A DNA stretch of 64,000 bases from Candidatus Limnocylindrales bacterium (lineage in GTDB: Bacteria > Chloroflexota > Limnocylindria > Limnocylindrales > CSP1-4), in NCBI GenBank assembly GCA_036834865.1, contig DAITNC010000001.1, forward strand, positions 1,939-65,938, read 5' to 3'. This document shows, piece after piece, positions 31,210 through 41,346 of this stretch (positions are counted from its first letter, which is position 1; every line of letters starts with the position of its first letter). The notes under the pieces are model-generated. The model had not been told where the DNA came from and did no database searches. It worked only from the letters and a program-made list of their open reading frames with translations. The translations under genes were made by a program, and so were the position numbers.

Positions 31210-32250
31210 TTGGCGACGAACGAGGTAGAAGACCGCGACCGGTACGCTCGCCAGTCGAGGTTCTGGGCAATCGGAACGGCTGGCCAGGAGCGGCTCAGTG
31301 CGGGCCGCGTCCTTGTCGTCGGGTGCGGTGCGCTCGGTTCCGCCGCGGTGAATCTCCTGGCCCGGGCGGGCGTGGGCCAGATCACGATCGTCGACCGCGA
31401 TTTCGTCGAGCTGGGCAATCTCCAGCGGCAGCTGCTTTTCGACGAGGCGGACGCCGCTGCCGGGACGCCGAAGGCCGTCGCCGCAGCCCTTGCCGTCGGG
31501 CGCATCAACTCCGAGATCGAAGTCCGCCCCTTCGTCGCCGACGTGACCCCGACCAACGTCGAGGAGTTCGTGGCGCATGCTGACGTGGTGCTCGATGGGA
31601 CGGACAACTTCGAGACCCGGTATCTCCTGAACGACGCCTGCGTGAAGCGTGGTGTCCCCTGGGTCTACGGCGGGGTGATCGGGTCGACGGGCATGTCGAT
31701 GACGATCGTGCCGGGCGAGACCCCATGCTTCCGGTGCCTGTTCCCGACGCCGCCCCCGGTCGGCACGATGGAAACCTGCGAGACGGCCGGCGTGCTTGCC
31801 GCGGGCGTCGTCACGGTGGCCGCCATCCAGTGCGCCGAGGTGATGAAGCTCCTCGTCGGCGACAGCCAGAACCGGAGCCGCGGGCTCACCGCCATCGACA
31901 TCTGGACCAACGACCACCTGCAGGCAGAGGGCACGCTCCGTGATCCCGGTTGCCCATGTTGCGGGCAGCGTCGCTTCGAGTACCTCGACGCGGTCGTGAC
32001 GAGCCGAACGGCGTCGCTCTGCGGTCGTGACGCGGTCCAGGTGAGCCCGGGCCGGCCCCTGGCGGTCGACCTCGCCGACCTCGGCCGGAGGCTCGGGGCG
32101 ACCGGGCCGGTGACCTCCAACGACTACCTCGTGCGGTGTGTCGTGGACGGGCACGAGATGACGATCTTCGTCGACGGTCGCGCGATCATCAAGGGCACGT
32201 CCGACCTCGCCGTGGCCCGCTCGCTGTACGCCCGGTATGTCGGCGCGTGA
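31210..32250 (+). CDS. ThiF/MoeB-family E1-like adenylyltransferase
   Basis: 'VLVVGCGALGSAAVNLLARAGVG' nucleotide-binding motif, CxxC...CxCC zinc cysteines. TTG start with GGAGG upstream. Confidence 0.85.
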   Translation: MATNEVEDRDRYARQSRFWAIGTAGQERLSAGRVLVVGCGALGSAAVNLLARAGVGQITIVDRDFVELGNLQRQLLFDEADAAAGTPKAVAAALAVGRINSEIEVRPFVADVTPTNVEEFVAHADVVLDGTDNFETRYLLNDACVKRGVPWVYGGVIGSTGMSMTIVPGETPCFRCLFPTPPPVGTMETCETAGVLAAGVVTVAAIQCAEVMKLLVGDSQNRSRGLTAIDIWTNDHLQAEGTLRDPGCPCCGQRRFEYLDAVVTSRTASLCGRDAVQVSPGRPLAVDLADLGRRLGATGPVTSNDYLVRCVVDGHEMTIFVDGRAIIKGTSDLAVARSLYARYVGA

Positions 32251-33400
32251 CGTGATCTACCTGGACAACGCCGCGACCTCGTTTCCGAAGCCGCCGGGCG
32301 TGGCGGAGAGCATCGTCGACTTCCTCGAGCACGGCGCCGGAAACCCGGGCCGGTCCGGCCATTCCCTGGCGATGGCCGCGCAGACCGTCGTCGCCGCCAC
32401 GAGGCGCCAGCTCGCCTCGCTGTTCGGGGTGCCCGACCCTTCGCGCGTCGTCTTTGCGCTCAACGCGACCGACGCCCTGAACACCGCGCTCTGGGGACTG
32501 CTGCGGCCGGGCGACCGCGTCGTCACCACCAGCATCGAGCACAACGCCGTCGCCCGGCCGCTCCACGCCCTGGCCGAACGCGGCATCGAGGTCACCCGGG
32601 TCGCCTGCGCCCCGGACGGCATGCTCGACCTGGACGACCTGGTCCGCGCGCTCCGGTCCGGCCCGGTCCGGCTGGTCGCGATGTGCCACGCCAGCAATGT
32701 CGTCGGCACGATCCTCCCGGTCCGGGACGCGGCGCAGCGGGCCCACGAGCACGGGGCGCTCTTCCTCCTGGACGCGGCGCAGACCGCGGGCGTCCTGCCC
32801 ATCGACGTGCGTGAGATGGGGATCGACCTGCTCGCAGTTCCGGGGCACAAGGGCCTGCTCGGGCCGACGGGCACCGGCGGGCTCTACGTGGCGCCTGACG
32901 TACGGCTCTCGCCGCTGCGCCAGGGCGGCACGGGCACGAGGTCCGAAGACGAGCGCCAGCCCGAGGAGCTGCCCGAGGCGCTCGAGGCGGGCACGCTCAA
33001 CACCGTGGGCATCGCCGGGCTGGGCGCAGCCCTCCGCTACCTCGGGGAGCGGGGGCAGCAGGGCATCCGGGCCCACGAGGTCGCCCTGACGACCAGGCTC
33101 ATCGACGGGCTGCGGGACGTCCCGGGCGTCCGGGTCCATGGGTCCGGGGATGCGGGCCGCCAGGTTGGAGTCGTCTCGCTGTCCGTGGAGGGCTGGGAGC
33201 CGGTGGACCTTGCAGCGGTGCTGGACAGCTCGTTCGGGATCGCGGTCAGGGCGGGGCTGCACTGCGCGCCGCTCGCGCACCGAACGCTGGGTACCTTCCC
33301 GCGCGGCACTGTCCGGCTTTCACCGGGCTGCTTCACCACCGACGAAGACGTGGACCAGGCGCTGGCCGCACTGCGGAAGCTGGCCGGCAGCGCCGCCTGA
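32237..33400 (+). CDS. cysteine desulfurase (class V aminotransferase)
   Basis: 'YLDNAATSFPKP', 'SGHKGLLGPTGTGGLYV' (PLP Lys), 'AGLHCAPLAHRTLG' (active-site Cys loop). Confidence 0.85.
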   Translation: MSARDVIYLDNAATSFPKPPGVAESIVDFLEHGAGNPGRSGHSLAMAAQTVVAATRRQLASLFGVPDPSRVVFALNATDALNTALWGLLRPGDRVVTTSIEHNAVARPLHALAERGIEVTRVACAPDGMLDLDDLVRALRSGPVRLVAMCHASNVVGTILPVRDAAQRAHEHGALFLLDAAQTAGVLPIDVREMGIDLLAVPGHKGLLGPTGTGGLYVAPDVRLSPLRQGGTGTRSEDERQPEELPEALEAGTLNTVGIAGLGAALRYLGERGQQGIRAHEVALTTRLIDGLRDVPGVRVHGSGDAGRQVGVVSLSVEGWEPVDLAAVLDSSFGIAVRAGLHCAPLAHRTLGTFPRGTVRLSPGCFTTDEDVDQALAALRKLAGSAA

Positions 33401-33429
33401 GCCCCGCGGTTCCCCATGGCGGACGTCGC

Positions 33430-34740
33430 TCATCGAAGACATTGGAACGGGCCGGTGCACCAGAGGCAGGCCGCGCAGGGCACCCTGCTGATGTGGCAGT
33501 CCTGCTCGAAGTCGGCGCCTCTCACGTAGTCGCACATCGCCAGGTTGCAGTCGTAGCAGAACGGAAAGTCGTACGCCGTCACGTCTCCGCGGAAGGTGCG
33601 CCATTCCTCGGCATTCCAGGTCTCGAGGATCCCCTGCGTCGCGACGTTGCCGAAGGTCCTTGGCTCCACCACCTTGACGAGCCCGGCCAGGTGGCACTGG
33701 AAACGGTGCCAGAGGAAGTAGCAGGGGTGAAGGTCGCCATCCCACGAGACAAAGGCCGATCCTTCCTCGACGAACTCGCACCGCCGCACCTGGGTCGGAA
33801 CCGTGTTCGGGAGCTGCAGGTCGACACCGAGCTCGCGCGCGATGCCCGTTGCGTCGCCGAACGCCTCCTCGACCTCGCGGAGGCGCGCCTCGTCGAAGCG
33901 GAGCAGCTCGGCCACCTTGAGCGACACGTGCTGGGCGGTGGCGTCGGCGATCATGCCGCGGACGGATTCGATCGCCCGGGCGTCCTCGGCCGACGGCGAG
34001 ATCTGCATGAACGTGTCGAGGTAGCGCCCGAAGTCCACTCCTTCCGCGGCCGCCCGGTCTCGCCACGCTCGGTAGATCCCGAGCGCGCGATCGGACGTTG
34101 GGCTGAACGCCGCTTCGCCTGCCATCGCGGCGTCGTACGGGAGCATGTGGCTGACGATGAGGAACCCGAAGCCGTGGCCGGCAGCCCACCTGACCAGGTC
34201 CGGAAGCTGGTGGAGGTTGCTCCGCATCGCGACGAACTCGAGGCCCAGGCTGACCGATCGGCCGGAGCGGGCTGCCGAGTCGTGGAGCCACCCGGCGGCG
34301 GACTCGATCGCCCCGATGCGCGCCCCGCCGTGGAGCGCCTTGAGCTGGCCCGGCTCGACCGAATCGGCCGAGATGCAGATGCGATCGACGCCCGCCGCGA
34401 CCAGCGACTCGGCTCGCCGGTGCCCGAGCAGCTGGCCGTTTGTCTGGAACCCGATCCAGCCACTGGTGGGCATCGCGGCCCGCGCCGTCTCGATGAACCC
34501 CTCGAGTCCCCGGTGGAGCGTCGGCTCGCCGATCCCGTTGAGGACGAGCGCGTCGAGGTTCGGAAAGGCGGGGGCCAGGCGTTCGAAGGTCTCCGCGCTC
34601 ATGTCGCCCTCGACGAGACCCTGCCCCGGGGCCTGCTTGACGCACATGGCGCAGCGAAGGTTGCAGCGCGTCGTCACCTCCACGAAGAGCTTGGAGGGAT
34701 ACGGGCGGCGATACGCAGGCATCGTCACGGAGGGCGGCAT
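33430..34740 (-). CDS. radical SAM protein with SPASM domain (MoaA/NifB/PqqE family; Cmo-like)
   Basis: 'TTRCNLRCAMC' CX3CX2C cluster, plus a C-terminal seven-Cys SPASM-type pattern (CX9C, CX2CX5C, CX6CX2CX2C). Confidence 0.8.
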   Translation of the reverse strand: MPPSVTMPAYRRPYPSKLFVEVTTRCNLRCAMCVKQAPGQGLVEGDMSAETFERLAPAFPNLDALVLNGIGEPTLHRGLEGFIETARAAMPTSGWIGFQTNGQLLGHRRAESLVAAGVDRICISADSVEPGQLKALHGGARIGAIESAAGWLHDSAARSGRSVSLGLEFVAMRSNLHQLPDLVRWAAGHGFGFLIVSHMLPYDAAMAGEAAFSPTSDRALGIYRAWRDRAAAEGVDFGRYLDTFMQISPSAEDARAIESVRGMIADATAQHVSLKVAELLRFDEARLREVEEAFGDATGIARELGVDLQLPNTVPTQVRRCEFVEEGSAFVSWDGDLHPCYFLWHRFQCHLAGLVKVVEPRTFGNVATQGILETWNAEEWRTFRGDVTAYDFPFCYDCNLAMCDYVRGADFEQDCHISRVPCAACLWCTGPFQCLR

Positions 34741-34930
34741 GTGCAAAGCGTGACCGTTCCGAGCCCGGCGTGCAGGGCCACCGCGCCCCTTGGGCGGGGA
34801 CCCCTCGATGGCGTTGGGGCGAACCGGTAGTCTACGGATGGCCGTCCCGAGCTCGGTGCTGATCCCGCGCGCGAGCGGCAGGTTCCTTTCGATTCCGCCT
34901 TCGTTCGATGCCGCCCTGGAGGGACGTCGC

Positions 34931-36145
34931 ATGCCCGGGTTCGAGGAAGCGCGCCGGATCGTGCTCGAGCGGGTCAGCCCCATGGGCTGCGAGGTGGTGC
35001 CGCTGCTCGGCGCGGTCGGGCGGGTCCTTGCCGCCGACCAGGCAGCCCCCTGGGACATGCCCCAGTGGGACAACTCCGCGATGGACGGCTTCGCGGTCCG
35101 GGCATCCGACTGCGCCGATCCGAACGGCCTGGCCGTTGCCGGCTTTCTCCCCGCCGGCCAACCCGCGGTCGAGGCGCTCGCGAACGGAACGGCGATCCGG
35201 ATCATGACGGGTGCGCCGCTGCCGCCGGGCGCCGACGCGGTCGTCCCCTTCGAGGAGGCGGAGGAGCGCGCCGGGCTGGTCTTCGCGAGGCGTCGCCCGG
35301 TCGCGGGCGATCACGTCCGCCGGAGGGGCGGCGACATCCGCGAGGGCGCGACCGCGCTCGAGGCGGGGGCCGTCATCGGGGCCGCCGAGGTCTCCCTGCT
35401 CGCGTCACTGTCCAGGACGTCGGTGCCCGTCGTCCGCCGGCCCCGGGTCGCGATCCTCTCCACCGGGGACGAGCTCCTGGAGCCCGGAGAGCCGCTCGCC
35501 GCCGGGAAGATCTACAACAGCAATGCGCAGGCGTTGGCGGCGGCCGCCCTGCGGGCCGGCGCGATACCGGTCGTGCTGCCCATCGCGCGCGACGACCGCG
35601 CGGCGTTGCGGACCCAGCTCGTCGAGGGCCTGCGCGCCGACGCGCTGGTCACGACCGCCGGCGTCTCGGTCGGGGACCGCGACCTCGTGCGCGAGGTGTT
35701 GCGCGACCTTGCGGTCGAGGAGGTGTTCTGGAAGGTCGACATCCAGCCCGGCCGCCCGACGGCATTCGCGCTCTCGGGGATCACGCCGGTCTTCTCGCTG
35801 CCCGGGAACCCGGTCGCCGCACTGCTCACGTTCGAGATGTTCGTCCGGCCGGCCCTGCGCCGGATGATGGGTCATTCGCGGCCGCTGGACGTGCCGGTCC
35901 GCGCCCGTCTCGGAGACGCGGTCATGCCAAGGCAGGATCGAGTCACCCTGAGGCGGGTCCGCCTCGAGCGGATCGGCGACCAGATCGTGGCGTCGAGCGC
36001 GGGCAGCCAGGCCACGGGCTTCCTGCGGACGATGGTCGGCGCCGATGGGGTCGCCATCATTCCCGCCGGCCTGGACAGCGTTGCCGCCGGCAGTGTCGTG
36101 GACGTCTACACGCTCCGCGAGGACTGCCTGATCGGGGGCGCCTGA
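34931..36145 (+). CDS. moeA: molybdopterin molybdenum/tungsten-transferase MoeA
   Basis: MoeA family ('TGAPLPPGADAVV', 'ILSTGDEL', 'LPGNPVAA'). GGAGGG RBS 7 nt upstream of the ATG; the long in-frame upstream extension was rejected. Confidence 0.85.
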   Translation: MPGFEEARRIVLERVSPMGCEVVPLLGAVGRVLAADQAAPWDMPQWDNSAMDGFAVRASDCADPNGLAVAGFLPAGQPAVEALANGTAIRIMTGAPLPPGADAVVPFEEAEERAGLVFARRRPVAGDHVRRRGGDIREGATALEAGAVIGAAEVSLLASLSRTSVPVVRRPRVAILSTGDELLEPGEPLAAGKIYNSNAQALAAAALRAGAIPVVLPIARDDRAALRTQLVEGLRADALVTTAGVSVGDRDLVREVLRDLAVEEVFWKVDIQPGRPTAFALSGITPVFSLPGNPVAALLTFEMFVRPALRRMMGHSRPLDVPVRARLGDAVMPRQDRVTLRRVRLERIGDQIVASSAGSQATGFLRTMVGADGVAIIPAGLDSVAAGSVVDVYTLREDCLIGGA

Positions 36146-36193
36146 GCGCGCCCCAGGGACTGGATCCGGCTCCGCGCTCGCGGAGCCGGACGC

Positions 36194-37930
36194 TCAGAAG
36201 TTGAAGACCGCGTCCAGGTCCGCGTCCTTCACCTGGAACTTCACGTTGTGCGGCGCCAGCGCCTCCTCCTCGAAGAAGCGGGGCAGGCGATCGTCCGCCG
36301 CGCTGAAACCGGCCCGGGTGTTGAAGTCGCGCTCCGCGGTGAGCACCTTCTTGCCCAGGGCCGTCACGTCGTCGGCCGTGAGGTTGATGTCGTAGAAGCC
36401 GTTCAGGAGCTCGACCAGCGCGTTGAAGGTCTCGGGCTGGTCGAGGACCGGGAAGGCGATGAAGAGACACATGCCGGTGGAGTCGATCGCCGCGGTCGCG
36501 ATCTGCAGGTTGCGTGACAGCTCAACCTGGCCCTCCGGCTTGAGGGGATCGACGAAGCCGCCCACCTTGAGGATGTTTGCCGTGACGGCGTAGCCGGCCG
36601 TGTGGTCGGCGCCCATCGGGGTCGTGGCGTAGGTGACGCCCATGCCCTGGACGGCCCGTGGATCGTAGGCCGGGAGCGCCTGGTTCTTGACCACCGGCAC
36701 TCGCTCGACGCCGAAGGCCTTGCCGGTCGCGCCGGCGCCCGAGCCGATGATCCGGCCGAGCGGGGTGCCCTTGCCGACCTCGGACAGGACGCGGATGGCG
36801 CCCTGGCCGTCGCCGAACTTGAGGAGCCCGCCTTCCATGGCGACGCCGATGGCCACGCCGGTCTCGATCGTGTCGAGACCGAAGTCATCGTCCATCCGGT
36901 CGAGCTGCTGGATGATGTCGAGGTCGGAGATGCCGCAGTTGCCCCCATGCGACCAGACGGTCTCGTACTCGGCCTGCTTGCTCAGGTACTTGCCGGTCGT
37001 GTCGTTGTAGATGCCGGAGCACTGGATGATGCAGCCGCGGTGGCAGCCGTGCGTGGCCTCACCGCCTCGCTCGGTCATCGTCGCGGCCTGCGTCTCGCCG
37101 CTGATCTTCGTCGCGCCCTCGAACTGGCCCGCGCTGAAGTTGCGCGTCGGGTAGCCGCCAGCCTCGTTGAGGATGTTCGTCAGGACGTTGGTCCCGAACG
37201 CCGGGAGGCCGGTGCCGGTGACGCCGTGGCTCCGAAGCCCCTCGTTGAAGATCTTCGCCGCGGCCTTGAAGCGCGCCGCGTCGGCCGGCGGTCGGGTCAC
37301 GGTCCCGGTCTCGTCGAGGATGAACGCCTTGATCTTCTTGGAGCCCATCACAGCGCCCACGCCGCCGCGCCCCATGTGGCGGGTCGGGTGCAGCTCGCGG
37401 TCGCAGGCCGCGATCGAGGCGGCTGGCAGCATCATCTCGCCGGCTTGGCCGATGAGCATGAAGGTGACCTTCTCGCCATAGGCGGCCCGGAGCGCCTCGA
37501 CGCTGGCGTAGGTGCCGAGGCCCTTGAGGCCGTTGTCAACCTTGAACGAGACGCCCTTCCTGTTGATGAGGACCGTCCAGAGGTCGTCGCCCGCGGGCCT
37601 GCCTTCGACGATGATCGCCGCGTAGCCGAGCCGGGCGATCGCCTGGCCCGCCTGGCCGCCGGCGTTCGCCTCCTTGATCCCGCCCGTGAGCGGGCTCTTG
37701 CAGCCGACGGAGATGCGGCCGCTCGTGGATGCCGCGGATCCGGTGAGCATGCCCGGCGCGAAGACGAGCTTGTTGGCCGCGCTCAGCGGGTGGCACTGCG
37801 GATCGACCTCGGCGCTCACGACGAGCGAGGTCATGGCGCGGCCGCCCAGCCCGGCGTAGTCGCCAAGCGGCTGGATCGTCGCCTTCGGGCCGCCCTCGGC
37901 ACTCATGTCGATGCGAAGGATCTTGTCCAT
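36194..37930 (-). CDS. aor: tungsten-containing aldehyde:ferredoxin oxidoreductase
   Basis: AOR N- and C-terminal domains ('MDKILRIDMS', 'GRISVGCKSPLTGG', 'DSTGMCLF'). Confidence 0.9.
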   Translation of the reverse strand: MDKILRIDMSAEGGPKATIQPLGDYAGLGGRAMTSLVVSAEVDPQCHPLSAANKLVFAPGMLTGSAASTSGRISVGCKSPLTGGIKEANAGGQAGQAIARLGYAAIIVEGRPAGDDLWTVLINRKGVSFKVDNGLKGLGTYASVEALRAAYGEKVTFMLIGQAGEMMLPAASIAACDRELHPTRHMGRGGVGAVMGSKKIKAFILDETGTVTRPPADAARFKAAAKIFNEGLRSHGVTGTGLPAFGTNVLTNILNEAGGYPTRNFSAGQFEGATKISGETQAATMTERGGEATHGCHRGCIIQCSGIYNDTTGKYLSKQAEYETVWSHGGNCGISDLDIIQQLDRMDDDFGLDTIETGVAIGVAMEGGLLKFGDGQGAIRVLSEVGKGTPLGRIIGSGAGATGKAFGVERVPVVKNQALPAYDPRAVQGMGVTYATTPMGADHTAGYAVTANILKVGGFVDPLKPEGQVELSRNLQIATAAIDSTGMCLFIAFPVLDQPETFNALVELLNGFYDINLTADDVTALGKKVLTAERDFNTRAGFSAADDRLPRFFEEEALAPHNVKFQVKDADLDAVFNF

Positions 37931-38300
37931 GCCGTGCGTGTCCTTTCTCGTCCGCGACCCCCACGGGATCTTCGTCGCCCGGCGAGCTCCTCGGCGGACC
38001 CCCGGGCCCACCCGGCGCGTGGCCATGTGTGTCCACTCTCCAGTCGGGCTCGCCTCCGCTCCGGCGAAGGGTCAGGTCCCGAGCCTGGCAGCGTACGGAT
38101 CCTGGTGACCTGCACGATCGCGGGCGCCGGCCCGTCGACATAGTGCCGAAGGACACGATACTCCGAGGGACTCCTGATCTGCCCGACCCCCGGGGAAACC
38201 AAGCGACCACCGGCGCAGTGGCTCGCTGGCCGTTCCGCGACCCTGCGTCCCGGCCGTCGTCGCGCCCACCTACCATTGGCGGGCAGATGCGGACCCCAGC

Positions 38301-41270
38301 GTGAAGCCACAACCGGTCGGTCCGGTGACGCTCGTCGAGCCCGGTGGGCGGGTCCACCGCTCGACCGTCACCGGGGCGCGGCGCCGCGAGCTGGAGGCGG
38401 CGCTCCGGCTGGCGGTGCGCGGCGAGGTCGGCTTCGATGGCGGCACGCGCGCCGTCTACGCCACCGACTCGTCGAACTACCGCCAGGTGCCCCTTGGGGT
38501 CGTCTTCCCGCGTGACCACGAGGATGTCGTCGCGTCGATGCGTGTCTGCGCCGAGTTCGACGCGCCGGTCCTCGCCCGCGGCGCGGGCACCAGCCTGGCG
38601 GGCCAGGCCTGCAACGTCGCGGTCGTGCTCGACACAAGCCGGCACATGAGGAAGATCCTCGAGATCGACCCGGTCGCTCGGACCGCCCGGGTGCAGCCGG
38701 GCGTGGTGCTCGACGACCTGCGACGCGCTGCAGAGGAGCATGGGCTGACGTTCGGGCCCGACCCCGCGACGCACGCCTGGTGCACGCTCGGCGGGATGAT
38801 CGGCAACAACTCGTGCGGCAGCCACGCGCTCTTCGCCGGCAAGACCGTCGACAACGTCGAGCGGCTCACCGTCGTGGAGTACGGGGGCGCCACCCTGGAC
38901 GTGGGCGCCTACGACGACGTCGCCTTCGGTGCGGTGGTGGCCCGCGGCGGCCGCCTGGCGGAGGTGCTCGAAGGCCTGCGCGAGATCGGGGGCAGGCACG
39001 CGGACCTGGTGCGGGCGCGCTTCCCGCAGATCCCCCGGCGGGTGAGCGGCTACAACCTGGACCAGCTCCTGCCCGAGCACGGCTTCAATGTCGCCCGCGC
39101 CCTCGTCGGGACGGAATCCACCTGCGCGGTGGTCACCGAGGCGACGCTGCGCCTGAGCGCCAGCCCGAGGCACCGCCGCCTCGTGGTGCTGGGCTACCGG
39201 GACGTCTTCATTGCCGCCGACGCCGTGCCGTCGCTGCTCCGCCATCCGCTGCTGGCGCTGGAGGGATTCGACGGCACCCTCGTCGACCAGATGCGGGCAC
39301 GCCCGCTGAACGTCGAGCACCTCGCGCTCCTGCCGGAGGGCGGCGGCTGGCTGATGGCCGAGCTCGGCGCCGACGATCCTCGCGAGGCTGACCGGCTGGC
39401 CAAACGGTTCGTCGCCGACCTGCCGGGCGAGGTCACCTGGCGCCGCTACGACGACGCGGAGCGGCAGGGCCGGGTGTGGCTCGTGCGCGAGTCCGGTCTC
39501 GGTGCCACCGCCATCACGGAGGACGGCACACGCAACCACGAGGGCTGGGAAGACGCGGCCGTCGCGCCGGAGCAGCTCGGGGCCTACCTCCGCGCGATCA
39601 CCGCGCTGCGGGCGGAGTTTGGCTACTCGGGTGCCTGGTACGGCCACTTCGGCCAGGGGTGCGTGCACACGCGCAACAACTTCGACTTCAGCACCGCCGA
39701 GGGCCTTGGGGCCTACCGGCACTTCATCGAGCGGGCCGCCGATCTCGTCGTGTCGCTGGGCGGCTCCCTGTCGGGCGAGCACGGCGACGGCCAGGCCCGC
39801 GGGGAGCTCCTCGTCCGGATGTACGGGCCCGACCTGGTCGACGCCTTCCGCCAGTTCAGGGCCGTCTTCGATCCGCGCGGGCGGATGAACCCGGGCAAGG
39901 TCGTGGACGCCTACCCGATCGATGCCAACCTGCGCTACGGGCCCACCTACCGGCCGGCGAGCCTGGGGCCGTCGACGTTCGCGTTCGGCAGCGCCGGACA
40001 TTCGCTCCAGGCAGCGGCAGAGCGGTGCGTGGGCGTGGGTCGCTGCCTGCGCGACGACGCCGGGACCATGTGCCCCTCTTTCCGCGCCACCCGCGACGAG
40101 CGGCACTCGACGCGGGGCCGCGCGAAGCTCCTTGTCGAGCTGTTCCAGGGTGAGACCACCCGGGGGAGCTGGCGCAATCGGGACGTTCGCGAGGCGCTCG
40201 ACCTCTGCCTCGCGTGCAAGGGCTGCGCCGTGGATTGCCCCACCGGCGTGGACATGGCGGCATACAAGTCGGAGTTCCTCTCTCACCATTACGCGCGCCG
40301 GCTGCGGCCGCGGGCCATGTACGCGCTCGGCCTCCTGCCCTGGACGGCGAGGGTGGCGACCCGCCTGCCCCGGTTGTCGAACGCCATCCTGGGCGCGCCC
40401 GGCGTCGGGAAGGCCGTACGCCGGCTGGCGGGGATCACGACGGCACGGCCCGTTCCGCGGTTCGCCGGGCGGTCATTCCGCCACGGCAGCACCGCCGCGG
40501 TTCGCCGGGACGATCCGCATGCCACGGTCGTCGTCTGGCCCGACACGTTCACGGACGCTTTCCGCCCCGAGATCGCCGCCGATCTCGTGGCCGTCCTCGA
40601 GGCCATCGGCGAGCGCGTGGCCGTTCCCTCGTCGTGGGCGTGCTGTGGCAGGCCGCTCTACGACGCCGGCATGCTGGGGCTGGCCCGCCGCTCCCTCACG
40701 GACCTCCTGGACGTGCTCGAGCCGTGGACGTCCCGCGGGATCCCGGTGGTCGTGCCCGAGCCGAGCTGCCTGGCCGCGTTCCGGGACGAGCTCCCCGCGC
40801 TCCTTCCCGGCGACCCCCGGTCGGCGGTGCTGGCATCGCTGGCGCGCAGCCCTGCCGAGCACATGCTGGCGACCCCGGCGTTCGACGCGGCGATCGCCGA
40901 CGCGCAGGCCCGCCGTCGCGGCGGCGGCGGGCCTGCGCGGGCCGTGGTGCATCCTCATTGTCACGGCCGGGCGATCGGGACGCCCCGGGCGGATCGCGAG
41001 CTCCTGGAGCGGCTGGGCTTCCGGCCCGAGATGCTCGACGCCGGCTGCTGCGGACTCGCCGGGTCGTTCGGGTACCGGGCGGAGCACGAGGCGTTGTCCC
41101 GGCGGATCGGCGCGGAATACTGGCTTCCCAGGGTGAGGACCGCGATCGACGGGGGCGAGAAGGCCGCGCTGGTGGTGGATGGCTTCAGCTGCGCGACGCA
41201 GCTCGAACAGCTCTCGGCTCTCGAGTCGACCGCCCTCGTCTCGCTCGTGCGTCGATCGCTCGGCTGCTGA
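38301..41270 (+). CDS. FAD-binding oxidase fused to Fe-S/CCG domains (GlcD-GlcF-like; D-lactate/glycolate dehydrogenase family)
   Basis: 989 aa: N-terminal PCMH FAD domain ('GAGTSLAGQA'), ferredoxin-like 'CLACKGCAVDCP', and two C-terminal Cys-rich CCG repeats. Confidence 0.85.
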   Translation: MKPQPVGPVTLVEPGGRVHRSTVTGARRRELEAALRLAVRGEVGFDGGTRAVYATDSSNYRQVPLGVVFPRDHEDVVASMRVCAEFDAPVLARGAGTSLAGQACNVAVVLDTSRHMRKILEIDPVARTARVQPGVVLDDLRRAAEEHGLTFGPDPATHAWCTLGGMIGNNSCGSHALFAGKTVDNVERLTVVEYGGATLDVGAYDDVAFGAVVARGGRLAEVLEGLREIGGRHADLVRARFPQIPRRVSGYNLDQLLPEHGFNVARALVGTESTCAVVTEATLRLSASPRHRRLVVLGYRDVFIAADAVPSLLRHPLLALEGFDGTLVDQMRARPLNVEHLALLPEGGGWLMAELGADDPREADRLAKRFVADLPGEVTWRRYDDAERQGRVWLVRESGLGATAITEDGTRNHEGWEDAAVAPEQLGAYLRAITALRAEFGYSGAWYGHFGQGCVHTRNNFDFSTAEGLGAYRHFIERAADLVVSLGGSLSGEHGDGQARGELLVRMYGPDLVDAFRQFRAVFDPRGRMNPGKVVDAYPIDANLRYGPTYRPASLGPSTFAFGSAGHSLQAAAERCVGVGRCLRDDAGTMCPSFRATRDERHSTRGRAKLLVELFQGETTRGSWRNRDVREALDLCLACKGCAVDCPTGVDMAAYKSEFLSHHYARRLRPRAMYALGLLPWTARVATRLPRLSNAILGAPGVGKAVRRLAGITTARPVPRFAGRSFRHGSTAAVRRDDPHATVVVWPDTFTDAFRPEIAADLVAVLEAIGERVAVPSSWACCGRPLYDAGMLGLARRSLTDLLDVLEPWTSRGIPVVVPEPSCLAAFRDELPALLPGDPRSAVLASLARSPAEHMLATPAFDAAIADAQARRRGGGGPARAVVHPHCHGRAIGTPRADRELLERLGFRPEMLDAGCCGLAGSFGYRAEHEALSRRIGAEYWLPRVRTAIDGGEKAALVVDGFSCATQLEQLSALESTALVSLVRRSLGC

Positions 41271-41346
41271 CGCTGCTGGCCGCAGCTCCGCTCCGTCGAC
41301 CGGGGTCCGGGCCGCGGCCGGCTCCCGGTCGACGACCACAGCCCGG

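Noticed and set aside
34790-34930. 47-aa N-terminal extension of moeA; also checked as a possible RiPP precursor for the SPASM enzyme
   Set aside because: In frame with moeA but lacking an RBS. A good GGAGGG RBS sits before the internal ATG at 34931. No Cys-rich or leader-like peptide features.
37536-40289. 917-aa minus-strand ORF antisense to the FAD/Fe-S oxidoreductase
   Set aside because: No family similarity, low-complexity Arg/Gly/Ala composition, opposite to a strongly supported 989-aa gene.
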